Source of the DNA: an uncultured Dehalococcoidales bacterium
GTDB lineage: Bacteria; Chloroflexota; Dehalococcoidia; GIF9; UBA5629
Reading direction: 5' to 3'
NCBI GenBank assembly: GCA_964605885.1
Contig: CAZSED010000001.1
Coordinates: 70,428-134,427, forward strand
DNA length: 64,000 nt
The position numbers and the translations under genes are program-made. Shown here piece after piece: positions 29,479 to 39,900 of this stretch (position 1 is the stretch's first letter; each line of letters opens with the position of its first letter). The notes beneath the pieces were generated by a model. That model saw only the letters and a list, made by a program, of their open reading frames with translations, was not told the DNA's origin and searched no databases.

Positions 29479-30902
29479 AGTCGTTCCCTCTCAAGATACA
29501 TTCGGGCTGCGTGAAAGCCGCACATGCCGTGCACCCCGGCGCCCGGCGGAGTTGAAGCCGAACAAATAAACACCCCTTTCAGGGGAGTCGAGTAGGGGTT
29601 GATCCGGCAGGAGGGGCGGCAAAATATCTGCTTTAGCGTCTGCGCGCCGCCGGTTATATCGCCGCCCACCAGGTTGGGGTTCTCCGCCTCAAGCGCTGCC
29701 AGAGACGATACGTGCCTGGCCAGAATCAGGTCTGTAAATCCCGGTGCGAAACGCTCCACCTGGGCTTCGATGCCGCCCGTCATATCGCGGCTGCCGCCGT
29801 TGGGCACGTGGCAGTAGGCCCAGGCGGTGTGCTTTCCTGATGGCGCCCTGGACGGGTCAAACAGGCTGGGCTGGGCCAGCAGAACAAAGGGCCTGGACGG
29901 CACCCTCCCGTGCCAGGCCGCGGACTCGGCTTCAGCTATCTCATCATAACTGCCGCCCAGGTGCACCGTGCCGGCCGAGGCGCAGGCGCTGGATTTCCAT
30001 GGGATGGGGCCGGAAAGAGCCCAGTCGATTTTAAAGGCGCCCGGGCCGTACGCATAGCGCCGCAGCGACCGGCGATAACCGGCAGTCAGCCTATCGCCGA
30101 ACACCTTGATAATCTGAGCCGGCGAGGTATCAAAGAAAAAAGCTTTTGCCGCGGGAAGGTCGGCGGCTGAGCTGACCTTAACGCCCGTCTTTACAGTGCA
30201 GCCCATTGAGACAAGATATTTAGAAAGGCAATCGGATATGGCGTCGGCTCCGCCCTGCGGTATCGGCCATCCCTGCCGGTGCCCCATGGCAGCCAGCACC
30301 AGGCCTATCCCCGCCGACGCAGGGCTATTCAGAGGCAATACCGAGTGAGAGGCCAGCCCGGCGAAAAAACCGCGGGCCCTCGGCCCGCGGAAGCGGCGTG
30401 AGATAACCTGCGCCGATTGCACAACTTCCATGCCGAATAGTGCCCAGGCCAACGGGTGGCGGGGAAGCCTCCTGGTCCCCAGCACGTCGTCCATAAGATT
30501 GTCCCACCTATTCAGAATCGGCTGTATCAGCCCGGTATAAGCGGCGGCATCCTTTCCCAGGGTGGCGGCCGATTCTTCCGGGCTGCCTTTTAACAGTGCG
30601 GGGGGGCCGTCGTCGAAAGGGTGGGCCATGGAGACCGGTGGAGTTATCCATTTGAGGCCGAGGTCTTTGAGCGGCAGGGCCGAGAAAAACGGCGAGGCTA
30701 CAGCTATAGGGTAAGCGGCCGGGCCGACATCGTGTATATACCCCGGAAGCGTAAGCTCCGCTGACCGCGCGCTGCCCCCGATATAAGCCGCGCCTTCCAG
30801 GACGATAACCTTTAAGCCGTGTTGGGCCAGCGTAATGGCCGCGGCCAGCCCGTTGGGGCCGGAACCTATAACAGCGGCGTCATATGAGGCGGACGTTGGC
30901 AT
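29466..30902 (-). CDS. phytoene desaturase family FAD/NAD(P)-binding oxidoreductase (CrtI-like)
   Basis: N-terminal DAAVIGSGPNGLAAA dinucleotide-binding motif. 478 aa. Confidence 0.8.
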   Translation of the reverse strand: MPTSASYDAAVIGSGPNGLAAAITLAQHGLKVIVLEGAAYIGGSARSAELTLPGYIHDVGPAAYPIAVASPFFSALPLKDLGLKWITPPVSMAHPFDDGPPALLKGSPEESAATLGKDAAAYTGLIQPILNRWDNLMDDVLGTRRLPRHPLAWALFGMEVVQSAQVISRRFRGPRARGFFAGLASHSVLPLNSPASAGIGLVLAAMGHRQGWPIPQGGADAISDCLSKYLVSMGCTVKTGVKVSSAADLPAAKAFFFDTSPAQIIKVFGDRLTAGYRRSLRRYAYGPGAFKIDWALSGPIPWKSSACASAGTVHLGGSYDEIAEAESAAWHGRVPSRPFVLLAQPSLFDPSRAPSGKHTAWAYCHVPNGGSRDMTGGIEAQVERFAPGFTDLILARHVSSLAALEAENPNLVGGDITGGAQTLKQIFCRPSCRINPYSTPLKGVFICSASTPPGAGVHGMCGFHAARMYLERERLWKM

Positions 30903-30926
30903 AAATACCTGTCGTCACTTATTTTT

Positions 30927-31970
30927 TTACGGGTGGGTAAGCGCGTAAAGCATGCTGGTCAACTGTGCGTTGCGCAGGAAGTTAAACGTCCTGGACCAGT
31001 GCAGCGAGCGGTCCAGGCATTGTTTGGTGAATTGCACCCTGGCCGGAACGCCCGTTAATCTTGCCAACGACTCCAATACATGGGTCCAGATCCCCTGTTG
31101 CAGTGCTGATCCTGCCATGCGGAAGGCCGCTTCGTAAATAGGATCGCTGGCCCGGGCCAGGCCGCGTACTTGCATGAAGGTCACACCCCTGTCTGCAAAC
31201 GAGCGGAATGTTACCCAGCCGGCTTCGGGGTGTCCCTGCGGGGTGATGAATGTGAAGGTGTCCCGGGCAGCGTATAAAACGGACACGGCTGTGGCCACCA
31301 GGCCCCCGGGAGTGGAGGCATTTATCAATACTATTTCGCCCGGCTTTATGCCGTTTTTTGCAGGGTAAAATTTGTTTTCCGCAGGCTGCAGCGCTGGAAA
31401 ATTGGATTTCACCGTGTCAATTACCTGTGATGGCGTAAGCCCCGCCTCCGATATATCGAGCGTGTAGGTCTTCTCCCAGAGCTGGCCGAAGCCCTGCAAG
31501 GGGCCCGCAGTCCGGCGTCCATTTACGTTAAGGTTAACCGCGCCCGGCGGGACCTCCGTCACAACCAGTTTTTGAACATACGGAGCCCAGTACTGGATGT
31601 CCCGCGGCTCCGGCTTGACGGCCTGCGTGATATCGGTCGTGCGGGCGGCCTTGATCACCTCGGAATCGCTGGAATTAATGTGAAATCCTGTGTCCAGGCC
31701 GGTCAATGTGAGCACTTCGCGATAATGCTGGCTCAGCCCCACTGCATAAAACCTGCAGCCCGTCCCGGCGTAGAGCGCATGCAGCTTGACCAGAACGTTG
31801 ATGGCGGTATTATCGAAGAACGCCACCCCGCTGAAATCCAGGATGATCAGCCTGTTGGCTGCGGGATTAGACGTCTTGATAACGTCTGCCAGCTCTTCTT
31901 CGCACGAGCCTGTGAACTCGGCGGCCAGTGCAATTTCAATGACGCCGGATCCTGCCTGGATGAGCCTCAT
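30927..31970 (-). CDS. STAS domain (anti-sigma-factor-antagonist-like) fused to a C-terminal domain of unknown function
   Basis: The N-terminal ~110 aa match a STAS fold (LIILDFSGVAFFDNTAINVLVKL). The C-terminal 230 aa are unassigned. Confidence 0.55.
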   Translation of the reverse strand: MRLIQAGSGVIEIALAAEFTGSCEEELADVIKTSNPAANRLIILDFSGVAFFDNTAINVLVKLHALYAGTGCRFYAVGLSQHYREVLTLTGLDTGFHINSSDSEVIKAARTTDITQAVKPEPRDIQYWAPYVQKLVVTEVPPGAVNLNVNGRRTAGPLQGFGQLWEKTYTLDISEAGLTPSQVIDTVKSNFPALQPAENKFYPAKNGIKPGEIVLINASTPGGLVATAVSVLYAARDTFTFITPQGHPEAGWVTFRSFADRGVTFMQVRGLARASDPIYEAAFRMAGSALQQGIWTHVLESLARLTGVPARVQFTKQCLDRSLHWSRTFNFLRNAQLTSMLYALTHP

Positions 31971-32117
31971 GACCTCTTCCTCCGGTGTTGTTTGCCGTGC
32001 ATGCCTCTTTCAACCATATATTAGCAGATTTCGTCTGCCATATTCGCCGGAGGGCAGGCACTTCCGCACGACATCGAGTAAAATTAGTATCGGGGCAAGA
32101 ATCTAAGGAGGTAGGTC

Positions 32118-32396
32118 ATGGAAGAGCAGAATCCAAAGAATAAGAGCGCTGCGGATAACCTGGGGGACATGTTTGACGCGCTGGGCAACGCAATGAGCCA
32201 GATATTTAATGACCCAAAGCTGAAGGACAAGGCCAAAGAGCTGGGCAAGGCGGCCAAGGAATCCGCCGAAACGCTGGGTGAGAGGTTCAAGGACGAGGAA
32301 GTGAAGGCCAAGTTCAAGGAGGTCGGCAAGGCCGCACAGGCCTTCGGCAAGAACGTCTCGGATATGTTCGGCGAAGAGAAGAAGCAGCAGCCTTAA
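32118..32396 (+). CDS. small hydrophilic Lys/Glu-rich protein (hypothetical)
   Basis: RBS AAGGAGG before the ATG. 92 aa with low complexity. Confidence 0.45.
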   Translation: MEEQNPKNKSAADNLGDMFDALGNAMSQIFNDPKLKDKAKELGKAAKESAETLGERFKDEEVKAKFKEVGKAAQAFGKNVSDMFGEEKKQQP

Positions 32397-33868
32397 GAGT
32401 TTTTCTGCATCATCTGCACGTAAGCGGCGGTTGCGGCGATGGCTGCAGCACGCTTGCTCTCATCGAACACCTGGGAAAGCTTCTCCTCCAGCGGCTGCTC
32501 GCGCGCCATGATGGCCAGCATATCGTCTATCAGGGTGGTCTCCTGGGTGATGAAATGGGTGCCCAGCTCGCCGCTGACAAAGCGCCTGTTCTCCATCACG
32601 GCCTTGTGGAAGGGGATATTGGTCTTGACCCCCACGATCACATATTCATACAGGGCACGCCTCATGCGCTGGATGGCCTCATCCCTGTTGCGGCCCCATG
32701 CTACAAGCTTGGAGATCATGGGATCGTACATCGGGGATACGGTGTAGCGCGTGTGTACGCCGCTGTCCACGCGGATGCCCACACCTCCCGGCGAACGGTA
32801 CCCCCTGAGCTTGCCGGGTGACGGCACAAAGTTGTTCAGCGGGTCCTCGGCGTTGATGCGGCATTCTATGGCCCAGCCGTTCATATGCACGTCTTTCTGG
32901 CTGACGTCCATGCGCTCACCCGAGGCGATTCTCAGCTGCTCTTTAACAATGTCTATTCCGGTTACCATCTCGGTCACGGGATGCTCCACCTGTATGCGCG
33001 TGTTCATCTCCATGAAATAAAACTCGCCCTTGGAGAAGATGAACTCAATCGTGCCTGCGCTCTCATACTTGATCTGTTTGGCGGCCTTAACGGCAAATTC
33101 CCCCATGCGTGCCCGCAGCTCGGGGGTCAATGCAGGGGAGGGCGCTTCCTCTATAAGTTTCTGGTGCCGGCGTTGGATGGAGCACTCACGTTCGCCCAGG
33201 TGTATCACGCTGCCCCGCTTGTCCGCCAGGACCTGGAACTCGATGTGACGCGGGTGTTCTATGTACTTCTCTATGTATACTTCCGGCATGCCGAAGGTGC
33301 TGGCGGCTATCTTGCTGGAAGATTCCAGGCCCTTTTTAAGCTTATCTTCATCTTGGACGATGGTCATGCCTATGCCGCCCCCGCCTCCTGACGGTTTGAC
33401 AATTATGGGGTAGCCAATCTCCCTGGCAATTTTGCTGGCTTCTTTGAAGTCCTTTACGGCGTTCCTGGTTCCGGGGGTTATCGGTACTCCGGCCCTGGCC
33501 ATTTCCTGCCGTGCGGCTATCTTGTTGCCCATCAGCTCGATGACCTTGCTTGACGGCCCGATGAACTTGATGCCGGCCCGCTCGCAGGCGTAGGCGAAGC
33601 TGGGGTTCTCCGCCAGGAATCCGTATCCGGGATGTATGCCGTCGGCCCCGCTTTCTTTGGCCACGGCTACGATCTTTTTAATATTGAGATAGCTTTCGGA
33701 TGCGGGTGGTGCGCCGATGCAGAAAGCCTCGTCCGCATACTTGGCGAACAGTGCGTCCTTGTCAGCTTCTGAGTAAGCGGCCACGGTGCGTATGCCCAGC
33801 TCGCGGCAGGCGCGCATCACACGGATGGCTATTTCCCCGCGATTGGCAACTAACACCTTGGAAAGCAT
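32393..33868 (-). CDS. biotin carboxylase, pyruvate carboxylase subunit A / AccC-type
   Basis: VLVANRGEIAIRV, an ATP-grasp and the biotin carboxylase C-terminus. The ATG lies 2 nt after the stop of the upstream carboxyltransferase gene. Confidence 0.9.
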   Translation of the reverse strand: MLSKVLVANRGEIAIRVMRACRELGIRTVAAYSEADKDALFAKYADEAFCIGAPPASESYLNIKKIVAVAKESGADGIHPGYGFLAENPSFAYACERAGIKFIGPSSKVIELMGNKIAARQEMARAGVPITPGTRNAVKDFKEASKIAREIGYPIIVKPSGGGGGIGMTIVQDEDKLKKGLESSSKIAASTFGMPEVYIEKYIEHPRHIEFQVLADKRGSVIHLGERECSIQRRHQKLIEEAPSPALTPELRARMGEFAVKAAKQIKYESAGTIEFIFSKGEFYFMEMNTRIQVEHPVTEMVTGIDIVKEQLRIASGERMDVSQKDVHMNGWAIECRINAEDPLNNFVPSPGKLRGYRSPGGVGIRVDSGVHTRYTVSPMYDPMISKLVAWGRNRDEAIQRMRRALYEYVIVGVKTNIPFHKAVMENRRFVSGELGTHFITQETTLIDDMLAIMAREQPLEEKLSQVFDESKRAAAIAATAAYVQMMQKNS

Positions 33869-33869
33869 C

Positions 33870-35588
33870 TTAATCAATCACCATCAGCACGTCGTCTTTG
33901 TTGACCAGTTCGCCGTTGAAAGAAAATATCTCTTTGACCGTACCGGCATGCGGACTGTGAACGTCACTCTGCATCTTCATGGCCTCGGTGACGACAACGA
34001 TATCGCCCTCCTTGACCTTGTCTCCAACCTTGACCTTAACGGTCAGCACCATGCCCTGCATGGGCGCCAGCACTGCGCCCCTGGGTATCTCCCTGGGCTT
34101 GCCTTTCTTCTCCAGTTCCACGGTCTTGCCCATAACAGGCGCTATCTTGATATTGAAGACCTCGCCGTCCACGTCCACGCTGAACTCGGTAGGGATGTCG
34201 GCGCCGGGATGGGCTGTGGCCGCCGGTGCGGCAGGGCTGGCCAGCACCTCTTCCTTGGCCTCGCCACGCAGGAATTTGACCGCTACCTGTGGATAAAGCG
34301 CATAGGATACGGCATCCTCTTCCTTGTGCAGGATGCCCAGCTTGTGGGCTTCAGCCTTCATTTTCTCCAGCTCCGGCTCCAGGTGCTCGCCGGGCCGGCC
34401 GTTGATTATCTGCATGTCCCCCACGATCATTTTTCGCACTTCTTCATTCAGCTGGCCGGGCGGCCTGCCGTAGTATCCCTGGAAATAGTCCTTGACCTCC
34501 TTGGTAACCTTCTTGTAGCGCTCGCCGTTGAGCACGTTGAGCACGGCCTGGATTCCTACGATCTGGCTGGTGGGCGTGACCAGCGGCGGGTAGCCCAGGT
34601 CCTCGCGTACGCGGGGTATCTCCTCAAGCACAGCGCCGATCTTGTCCAGGGCGTTCTGCTCCCGGAGCTGGCTGATCAGGTTGGAGTACATGCCTCCCGG
34701 TATCTGGTGCAGCAGCACATTCACGCTGGGCCGGGTGGCCTCCGAGGTAAGCAAAATGCGGTACTTGGCGGCCATGGCGGCGAAGTCCTCTCCGATCTCG
34801 TAAAGCAACTCGAGGTCGAGGCTGCAGTCGTAGGGCGTGCCTCGGAAGGCGGCCACAACGCTCTCGGTCGGAGGCTGGGAGGTGCCCCAGGCGAATGGCG
34901 AGAAGGCGGTGTCCAGGAAATCTATGCCCGCCTCGGCCGCGGCCTGGTAGCTCATGGGCGCCATGCCGCTGGAGCAGTGCGAGTGAAGGTCAACCGGCAC
35001 TTTGACCCTGGCCTTGATGGCCCTGACCAGGGCCGTCGTCTCGGGTGGAGAAATAAGGCCCGCCATATCCTTGACGCAGATGGAGTCGCATCCCAGGGCC
35101 TCCAGCTTTTGCGCCATGTCGGTGAAGCCCTCAACGCTGTGCACCGGGCTTATGGTGAAGCAGATGGTCCCCTGCACGTGGGACTTGTGTTTCTTACATT
35201 CCTCGATAGCCAGCTCCATGTTCCTGATATCGTTGAGCGCATCGAAGATGCGGAATACATCCACCCCGTTCTTCACCGCGAAGCGGATGAACTCCCTGAC
35301 CACGTCATCTGAGTAGTGACGGTAGCCGACCAGGTTCTGGCCGCGCAACAGCATCTGCAGGTGCGTGTTTTTGACCTTTTTGCGTATGTCCCTCAGCCGT
35401 TCCCAGGGATCTTCGTTAAGATAGCGTATGCACGTATCGAAGGTGGCCCCGCCCCACATCTCCAGCGAAAAGAATCCCACCCGGTCCATCTTCTCCACTA
35501 TGGGGAGCATGTCCCGGGTCCTCATCCTAGTGGCAATGAGCGACTGATGCGCATCACGCAGGGTTGTGTCCGTGATCTTTATTGCCAT
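33870..35588 (-). CDS. pyruvate carboxylase subunit B / oxaloacetate decarboxylase alpha-like (carboxyltransferase plus biotinyl domain)
   Basis: Carboxyltransferase TIM barrel (ITDTTLRDAHQS) and a C-terminal biotinyl-lysine motif EAMKMQ. Confidence 0.85.
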   Translation of the reverse strand: MAIKITDTTLRDAHQSLIATRMRTRDMLPIVEKMDRVGFFSLEMWGGATFDTCIRYLNEDPWERLRDIRKKVKNTHLQMLLRGQNLVGYRHYSDDVVREFIRFAVKNGVDVFRIFDALNDIRNMELAIEECKKHKSHVQGTICFTISPVHSVEGFTDMAQKLEALGCDSICVKDMAGLISPPETTALVRAIKARVKVPVDLHSHCSSGMAPMSYQAAAEAGIDFLDTAFSPFAWGTSQPPTESVVAAFRGTPYDCSLDLELLYEIGEDFAAMAAKYRILLTSEATRPSVNVLLHQIPGGMYSNLISQLREQNALDKIGAVLEEIPRVREDLGYPPLVTPTSQIVGIQAVLNVLNGERYKKVTKEVKDYFQGYYGRPPGQLNEEVRKMIVGDMQIINGRPGEHLEPELEKMKAEAHKLGILHKEEDAVSYALYPQVAVKFLRGEAKEEVLASPAAPAATAHPGADIPTEFSVDVDGEVFNIKIAPVMGKTVELEKKGKPREIPRGAVLAPMQGMVLTVKVKVGDKVKEGDIVVVTEAMKMQSDVHSPHAGTVKEIFSFNGELVNKDDVLMVID

Positions 35589-35756
35589 ACTGAGCCTCGT
35601 CGGTTCAAGTTATTATTCTGCCCTGGGGTGGACGGAGAAGGCCTAACCTGATAATGATATAAATTGGCGACCAGTTAGTCAATCGATGGAAATGCGTAGT
35701 AAATGTTGTAATGGAGCCGGCTTAATAATATAATCCCGAACCGGGCTTAACAGGAT

Positions 35757-36317
35757 TTGATTATGTCTGAATACGGATTTGGAGCGCCGCTTCCCGCTGA
35801 AGAGCTGGTGTTCGGCGCCAGGCGGCCGGGGTACCCGGGAAAATTCGTGCAGAGGCACTTTGTCGAAGAGTGGATAGCCTACATGAAGAAACAGGAGGTC
35901 AGCCGCATCGTTTGCCTGCTGTCCGAGGAAGAGCTGGGCTACTACCCGGCAGAGACGGGCGGCCTGCTGCAGATATATGCCGATGCCTTCGGCAAGGACG
36001 ATGTGCTCTGGGCTCCCACGGCGGACAGGCAGCTGTGCAGCGCGGAATCAATCAAGCACATCTGCTATTTTCTGTATAAAGGAGTTTCAGCGCAGCAAAA
36101 GACCGTTGTCCACTGCTCTGCCGGGCTGGGAAGGACGGGCCAGGTGCTGACCGCCTGGCTGTTGTATTTCCATGCCATGCCTGAACGCAAGGCGCTGAGG
36201 ACTCTTGAAGCTTTGAACCGCAACCCGCGCGAGCCGGTCTTCTACGGCAATGCCAGTGAAGCGGACTTACTGCGCATGCTGGGAGTGGCCCGGGAGCTGG
36301 ACAAGCCGGCCGGCTAA
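35757..36317 (+). CDS. protein-tyrosine / dual-specificity phosphatase
   Basis: CX5R P-loop HCSAGLGRTG. Confidence 0.7.
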   Translation: MIMSEYGFGAPLPAEELVFGARRPGYPGKFVQRHFVEEWIAYMKKQEVSRIVCLLSEEELGYYPAETGGLLQIYADAFGKDDVLWAPTADRQLCSAESIKHICYFLYKGVSAQQKTVVHCSAGLGRTGQVLTAWLLYFHAMPERKALRTLEALNRNPREPVFYGNASEADLLRMLGVARELDKPAG

Positions 36318-36321
36318 GAAC

Positions 36322-36867
36322 CTATTCTTCGAATTCCTGCCTGTATTTCTGCCAGATGGCGCCCGCTTTGAAAGCCTCAATGCAGGCACGCATCACGTCG
36401 AACTGTGAAAGGTTGGTCTCCATCACAGCCGTGATAATCTTGATCCAGTCCTCGGGAGGGGATATCTCCTCCGAGCTTTTTTCGTATCTCTTGATAAATC
36501 TCTCGAATTTATCCTGGATCCGCTGGCTGCGCGCCTTCTTGTTCACTTTGGCGGCTTCTTTTTTTAATATATCCTCGATTTGCCTCTGCCACAGAGGAAG
36601 TTCCGCCGCCGGTGACGCGGCCTCCGGCGTGCGGTCGCTCTTGCGATAAATGTATCGCGGGAAACGGTAACGTGAGAGCAGCACATCCCAGGAAAGCTTT
36701 ATCTTCCTGTTTTTCTCCATGTTGAGCAGCGCCGGAAGTATCTTCTTGAAGATGACGGTCTCTTTATCCCCGCCGGATACGTTGTGCGTAAAGTGGGCGA
36801 TGACCTCGGTCAGCCTGACTTTACCTGTATTCAGCCTGGATATGTACCTGTAAATCTTGTCTTCCAT
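36322..36867 (-). CDS. hypothetical protein
   Basis: 181-aa charged protein. No recognised motif. Confidence 0.45.
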   Translation of the reverse strand: MEDKIYRYISRLNTGKVRLTEVIAHFTHNVSGGDKETVIFKKILPALLNMEKNRKIKLSWDVLLSRYRFPRYIYRKSDRTPEAASPAAELPLWQRQIEDILKKEAAKVNKKARSQRIQDKFERFIKRYEKSSEEISPPEDWIKIITAVMETNLSQFDVMRACIEAFKAGAIWQKYRQEFEE

Positions 36868-36974
36868 GTCATGTCACCTCCCTGGAGGGCTTATATAATT
36901 TTAGCAAAAACTTGGACACCTGATGGTCAAAGCTATAAAATACATGTTTGCCGGATTAAATAAAGGACGGATTA

Positions 36975-38102
36975 TTGCAGGAGTTCGAGATAATTGCCAG
37001 GGGGAAGGAGAATGGGGAAGGGGTTGTACTAAGTTACTATACGACAGCAGGAGCCGAGATATTTTGCCTGGGAGTCCCGCTGAACTATTCCTCGGACGAG
37101 GACTGGGACCTGGGGCCTTCCTGGTGCTATGTAATTCCGGGAGATAAGACCACCCTGATTGACACCGGCCAGTTCGGAAAGTTCGAGCAGTTCAAATCAA
37201 TGCTCGGCAAGGCCGGTTTCAATCTTAAAGATATAGGACGCGTTGTGGTAACGCACGGCCACGAAGACCACGACGGCAACCTCTACGAGGTGCTTGAGGC
37301 CAGCGGGGCCGAGCTCTGGGCGCACTTCGCCTTCCAGAACATGATCTCTTATCATCCCGGCACCGATGACGGCGCCAGCCATCCGGAGTTTCCGGGCTCC
37401 TGCCGCTGCTGCCTGATGCCTGATCAGTTCAATGCCGGCTGCCGTGACTACCACCGCAAGAGGAGCGGACTGACCACAACCTTCCCGGTCCGGAACGGGA
37501 CGCTTACGCCGGGTGGAGACCTGCATTTCATGCTTACCCCTGGACACTCTCCAGACTCCATTTGCGCAATCTTTCAGGGAGAGGCATTTTTCAGCGGCGA
37601 CACGCTGCTGCCTACCATTACTCCGCACCCTTCCCTGATGCTGGAGTACCTGGTGAACAGGAACATCCTTCCCTCGGGCTACGGCGCTGATAACAATGCC
37701 TACGGACTGCTGGCCTATATATTGTCTCTGCATGCCATCAACCGCGGCTGCGGCAGGGCGGATGTACTGATGCCCGGCCACAGGCTCTATGAAAAAGGCA
37801 GGGTAAACTATCTGAGACCGGCCGAACGTGCCCGGGAGATCATCCTCTTTCACCGTCAGCGCTGTGAGAACATCCTTTCAATCATGGGCAATGTCAGCAT
37901 GGGCCTGGAGGAGATATCAGTGTCGCTGTTCCCTCCCAGGCTGCGTAAAGGCTATGGCAAATATCTCTCGCAGCGTGAGGTGATGAGCCACCTGGAGCTG
38001 CTGGCCACCTGCGGCGACATCGAGTGGGCGCACCGGGGGGACTTCATTGCTCATTCGCTGGGCTCCAGCAAATACAGGGCGTTTTTTGACCAGTTTGTGT
38101 AA
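36975..38102 (+). CDS. MBL-fold metallo-hydrolase
   Basis: THGHEDHDGN metal-binding motif. TTG start with an upstream AAGGA. Confidence 0.75.
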   Translation: MQEFEIIARGKENGEGVVLSYYTTAGAEIFCLGVPLNYSSDEDWDLGPSWCYVIPGDKTTLIDTGQFGKFEQFKSMLGKAGFNLKDIGRVVVTHGHEDHDGNLYEVLEASGAELWAHFAFQNMISYHPGTDDGASHPEFPGSCRCCLMPDQFNAGCRDYHRKRSGLTTTFPVRNGTLTPGGDLHFMLTPGHSPDSICAIFQGEAFFSGDTLLPTITPHPSLMLEYLVNRNILPSGYGADNNAYGLLAYILSLHAINRGCGRADVLMPGHRLYEKGRVNYLRPAERAREIILFHRQRCENILSIMGNVSMGLEEISVSLFPPRLRKGYGKYLSQREVMSHLELLATCGDIEWAHRGDFIAHSLGSSKYRAFFDQFV

Positions 38103-38114
38103 ACAGGAGGCAAC

Positions 38115-38402
38115 ATGATAATTATAACTGCGGTGATGAAAGCTAAAGAGGGACAGGGCGAAGAGCTCGAAAAGGTCATAAAGGACTATGCGCCTAAATT
38201 CCTCAACGACCCCGGCTGCAAAGCCTACAGGGTCCACAGGCGCGTTGACGACCCCACGCTGTTTTTTTTCTATGAAAATTACGAGGACAACGAGGCGCTG
38301 TCATACCATTCCTCGGCGCCGCATTTCAAAGAGATGTTCGCTGCCATGAGGCCGCTGCTCGGGGCCAAGCCCGAGATAGTAATGTACCAGGAAATTTGTT
38401 AG
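38115..38402 (+). CDS. antibiotic-biosynthesis-monooxygenase (ABM) domain protein
   Basis: 95-aa ferredoxin-like fold with an ABM pattern. RBS CAGGAGG. Confidence 0.6.
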   Translation: MIIITAVMKAKEGQGEELEKVIKDYAPKFLNDPGCKAYRVHRRVDDPTLFFFYENYEDNEALSYHSSAPHFKEMFAAMRPLLGAKPEIVMYQEIC

Positions 38403-38442
38403 ACTGAGTGCCCGGTTGAATTATTAAATAGGATGCCCTCAC

Positions 38443-39900
38443 GTGGTCCAGTTCGATAAATTCTTTTCCCCGGGCTCACTGGTGTTCCTGGGCGCCTCCG
38501 CTGACCCGGGCAAATGGGGTTACCGCATACTGTCCAACATACTCATGGGTGGATATCAGGGGAAAATATATCCGGTCAATCCCAAAGGCGGTGAAATCCT
38601 CGGACTCCCGGTATACGCAAGCGTGGCGTCAGTCCCCGGTACGCCCGACCTGGCGATAATCGTTGTGCCGCCGACCGGCATAGTGGAAGCCATCCAGGAC
38701 TGCGTGGACAGGGGCGTGAAGTCCGGGGTGGTGATAACCGCCGGGTTCGCCGAGACCGGCCGCCGGGGCGCAAACCTGCAGCAGAGGATGCTGGAGACAG
38801 CTAGGAAAGGCGGCATGCGGCTGATCGGCCCCAACTGTTTTGGCATTCTAAGCCCATCCCACCGGTTGTTTGCACAAATGCCGCCCATCTTCCCGCCGCC
38901 GGGCGAGATCGCCGTCGTATCGCAGAGCGGGAACGTTGGAGGCACCATAGCCCGCCGCGCCATGGCCCTGAATTTCGGCATCAGCCGCCTGGTTAGCACG
39001 GGCAATGAAGCAGACCTGCACGCTGAAGATTTTATTGAGTTTACGGGCTGGGATGAGCTTACCCGGGTGATCCTGGCTTACATTGAGGGCTTTAAAGACG
39101 GCCGCAGGTTCTTCCAGACGGCACAGAAGGTCAGCCTGGCCAAGCCCATAGTGCTGGTCAAGGTAGGCGAGACCGAGGCGGGCGCCAGCGCCGCCAGGTC
39201 GCATACGGCATCGTTGTCCGGCTCCAGCGCCGTCTTCGAGGGCATCTGCAGGCAGGCCGGCATTATCAAAGTACAGAACCTGCAGGAGCTGATGAACGTC
39301 GGCTACGGCTTCCTGTGTCATCCGCTGCCGCGCGGGCGGCGCGTGGGTATAGCCACGCTGGGAGGCGGGTGGGGAGTGCTGGCCGCCGATGCCTGCGCCA
39401 GGCTGGGGCTGGAAGTTGTGAAGCTGTCGGAAGAGGTGATACGGGAGCTGGATTCATTCCTGCCCGGCTGGTGGAGCAGGAATAATCCCGTGGACCTTGT
39501 TGCCGGGTCGCCTGACAACATCCTCCGTGCCATCGAAGTGCTGGCTAAATACGAACAGACCGACAGCGTGATTTCGCTGGGAGTGCCCTTTCCCCGCATA
39601 TCACGTGCATATCTGACGCTACCTGAAAGCGGGATTAAGAAGGCGCACCGCGGCATCGTGGAGCACTATGTCCATGCCTTTGGACAGATCAGGGAGATAT
39701 CCAGGAAATACAATAAGCCAGTCATTATCGCGGCGGATCTTTTCACACCTGCGGGCGACCGCGCCCTGGAGCAGGAGATCATGCGCTCCATTGCAGTTGA
39801 AAGAAGCGTGTGTTACAGCATGCCGCACGAGGCTGCCATGGTATTGAGCGCTATGGCCGGATACAGCGAGTTTGTCGCCGGCATAAAAGGGAACAGGTAG
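38443..39900 (+). CDS. CoA-binding protein / ADP-forming acetyl-CoA synthetase alpha-domain protein
   Basis: N-terminal CoA-binding Rossmann segment (FLGASADPGKWGYRI) and a succinyl-CoA-synthetase-like ligase domain. No ATP-grasp beta domain. Confidence 0.75.
   Translation: MVQFDKFFSPGSLVFLGASADPGKWGYRILSNILMGGYQGKIYPVNPKGGEILGLPVYASVASVPGTPDLAIIVVPPTGIVEAIQDCVDRGVKSGVVITAGFAETGRRGANLQQRMLETARKGGMRLIGPNCFGILSPSHRLFAQMPPIFPPPGEIAVVSQSGNVGGTIARRAMALNFGISRLVSTGNEADLHAEDFIEFTGWDELTRVILAYIEGFKDGRRFFQTAQKVSLAKPIVLVKVGETEAGASAARSHTASLSGSSAVFEGICRQAGIIKVQNLQELMNVGYGFLCHPLPRGRRVGIATLGGGWGVLAADACARLGLEVVKLSEEVIRELDSFLPGWWSRNNPVDLVAGSPDNILRAIEVLAKYEQTDSVISLGVPFPRISRAYLTLPESGIKKAHRGIVEHYVHAFGQIREISRKYNKPVIIAADLFTPAGDRALEQEIMRSIAVERSVCYSMPHEAAMVLSAMAGYSEFVAGIKGNR

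Noticed and set aside
33786-35312. 508-aa plus-strand ORF
   Set aside because: It is antisense to the well-supported pyruvate carboxylase subunit B gene. It has an Arg/Gly/His-rich composition typical of high-GC antisense frames and no motifs.
37197-38237. Minus-strand ORFs of 218 and 106 aa
   Set aside because: Antisense to the MBL-fold hydrolase gene with its THGHEDHDGN motif.
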